64,000 nt of DNA from Trypanosoma brucei (taxonomy: Eukaryota): NCBI GenBank assembly GCA_000002445.1, contig CP000066.1, positions 992,001 to 1,056,000 of the forward strand, written 5' to 3'. How positions within the stretch are numbered: position 1 is the first letter of the stretch; each line of letters begins with the position of its first letter. A model generated the notes under the pieces. That model was not told the origin of the DNA. It saw only the letters and a program-made list of their open reading frames with translations, and ran no database searches. Shown in pieces: positions 63,523 to 64,000 of this stretch. The position numbers were made by a program, and so were the translations under genes.

Positions 63523-64000
63523 GTGATGCTTGTCCGCATGTGAAATGGGAACGGTTGTCCGCAGAATGGATGGGACGGGCTGACAGTTTCCATATCTTCA
63601 TGCCTTCTGTTAGTCTCACGCCCTGCTCAGCGCGCAATGTAAACTGCCGTTTTCTTTATTGTTTCCGAGTTGTCCGGAAGTAGTGAAGGCAACACGATGT
63701 ATGTACGATATGGAAAGCGTGGGTAGAGTTTTTTATTTTTACACGTGTAGGAAGTGACACAGTATGGTGAGAGTTTCCAGCCGTGACATTACCGCCCTTT
63801 TTTTGGTGATGTATGCAAAATTGCAAGGATGTGTTTTGCGATTTTTGAAGTGTTGCCGTTGATTTTATGTTAGTTCTTTTGCATGTTGTTGTTGTGTTTT
63901 TTTTATTTTAATTTCCTCTTCCTTTTTTGTTGTTGAATCTAATTGTAAAATATATATATATATATATGAATTTTTGTGGAGATCCAAGTGTGTCTCTGTA

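Larger units (their letters stand above)
61337..64000 (+). repeat. tandem duplication unit 2 (truncated by the window end)
   Basis: See unit 1. Identity is lost at ~63815, where unit 2 runs into different 3' flank sequence. Confidence 0.85.

Noticed and set aside
1-64000. Prokaryotic-style features: operons, Shine-Dalgarno sites, CRISPR arrays, phage-defence islands or mobile elements
   Set aside because: There are no short direct-repeat/spacer arrays, no transposase or reverse-transcriptase ORFs, and no inverted terminal repeats. Spacers of 0.3-2.7 kb with pyrimidine tracts, tryparedoxin, PEX7, BBS7 and a nucleoporin mark this as a kinetoplastid nuclear locus, so the prokaryotic feature classes do not apply.

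Overview
This window is eukaryotic, not prokaryotic: it reads as a core region of a kinetoplastid chromosome, most likely Trypanosoma brucei or a very close relative. Evidence for that placement: (1) about 27 long intron-less ORFs, all on the + strand, separated by 0.3-2.7 kb spacers, which is a single polycistronic transcription unit with no strand switch; (2) pyrimidine-rich tracts 50-150 bp upstream of most start codons (trans-splicing signals) and many (TA)n, (CA)n and (GT)n microsatellites in the spacers; (3) a tandemly duplicated gene for tryparedoxin, a trypanosomatid-specific redox protein (WCPPCR active site). Its 144-aa sequence matches what I remember of T. brucei TXN, whose locus I recall lying near GRP94 on chromosome 3; no chromosome or gene-ID assignment could be checked here. 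Confidently recognised products: GRP94/endoplasmin (HSP90 family, signal peptide), an ABCA-type full ABC transporter (1854 aa), the PTS2 receptor PEX7 (WD40), mitochondrial EF-Ts, the BBSome subunit BBS7, a radial-spoke-head RSP4/6-like protein, an FG-repeat nucleoporin, a C-terminal U-box E3 ligase, an aprataxin-like HIT/zinc-finger protein, a Bet1-like Qc-SNARE, an RGG plus triple-RRM RNA-binding protein, a C2H2/zinc-knuckle protein and a probable U3 snoRNP MPP10. The remainder are lineage-restricted hypothetical proteins. I found no rRNA, no convincing tRNA or snoRNA, no CRISPR array and no retroelement. The points most worth a second look are: a near-identical ~3.1 kb tandem duplication carrying tryparedoxin plus a 286-aa hypothetical gene; a small basic ORF ending in a PAF15/p21-like PIP-box motif (QRGIESFL) with an AT-hook-like KRGRKPG; long A/G-rich tracts on the sense strand in several spacers; and several homopolymer runs of exactly 10-11 G or C. 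Nothing supports a novel 'system' in the prokaryotic sense; this is an ordinary housekeeping and ciliary gene neighbourhood of a trypanosome.
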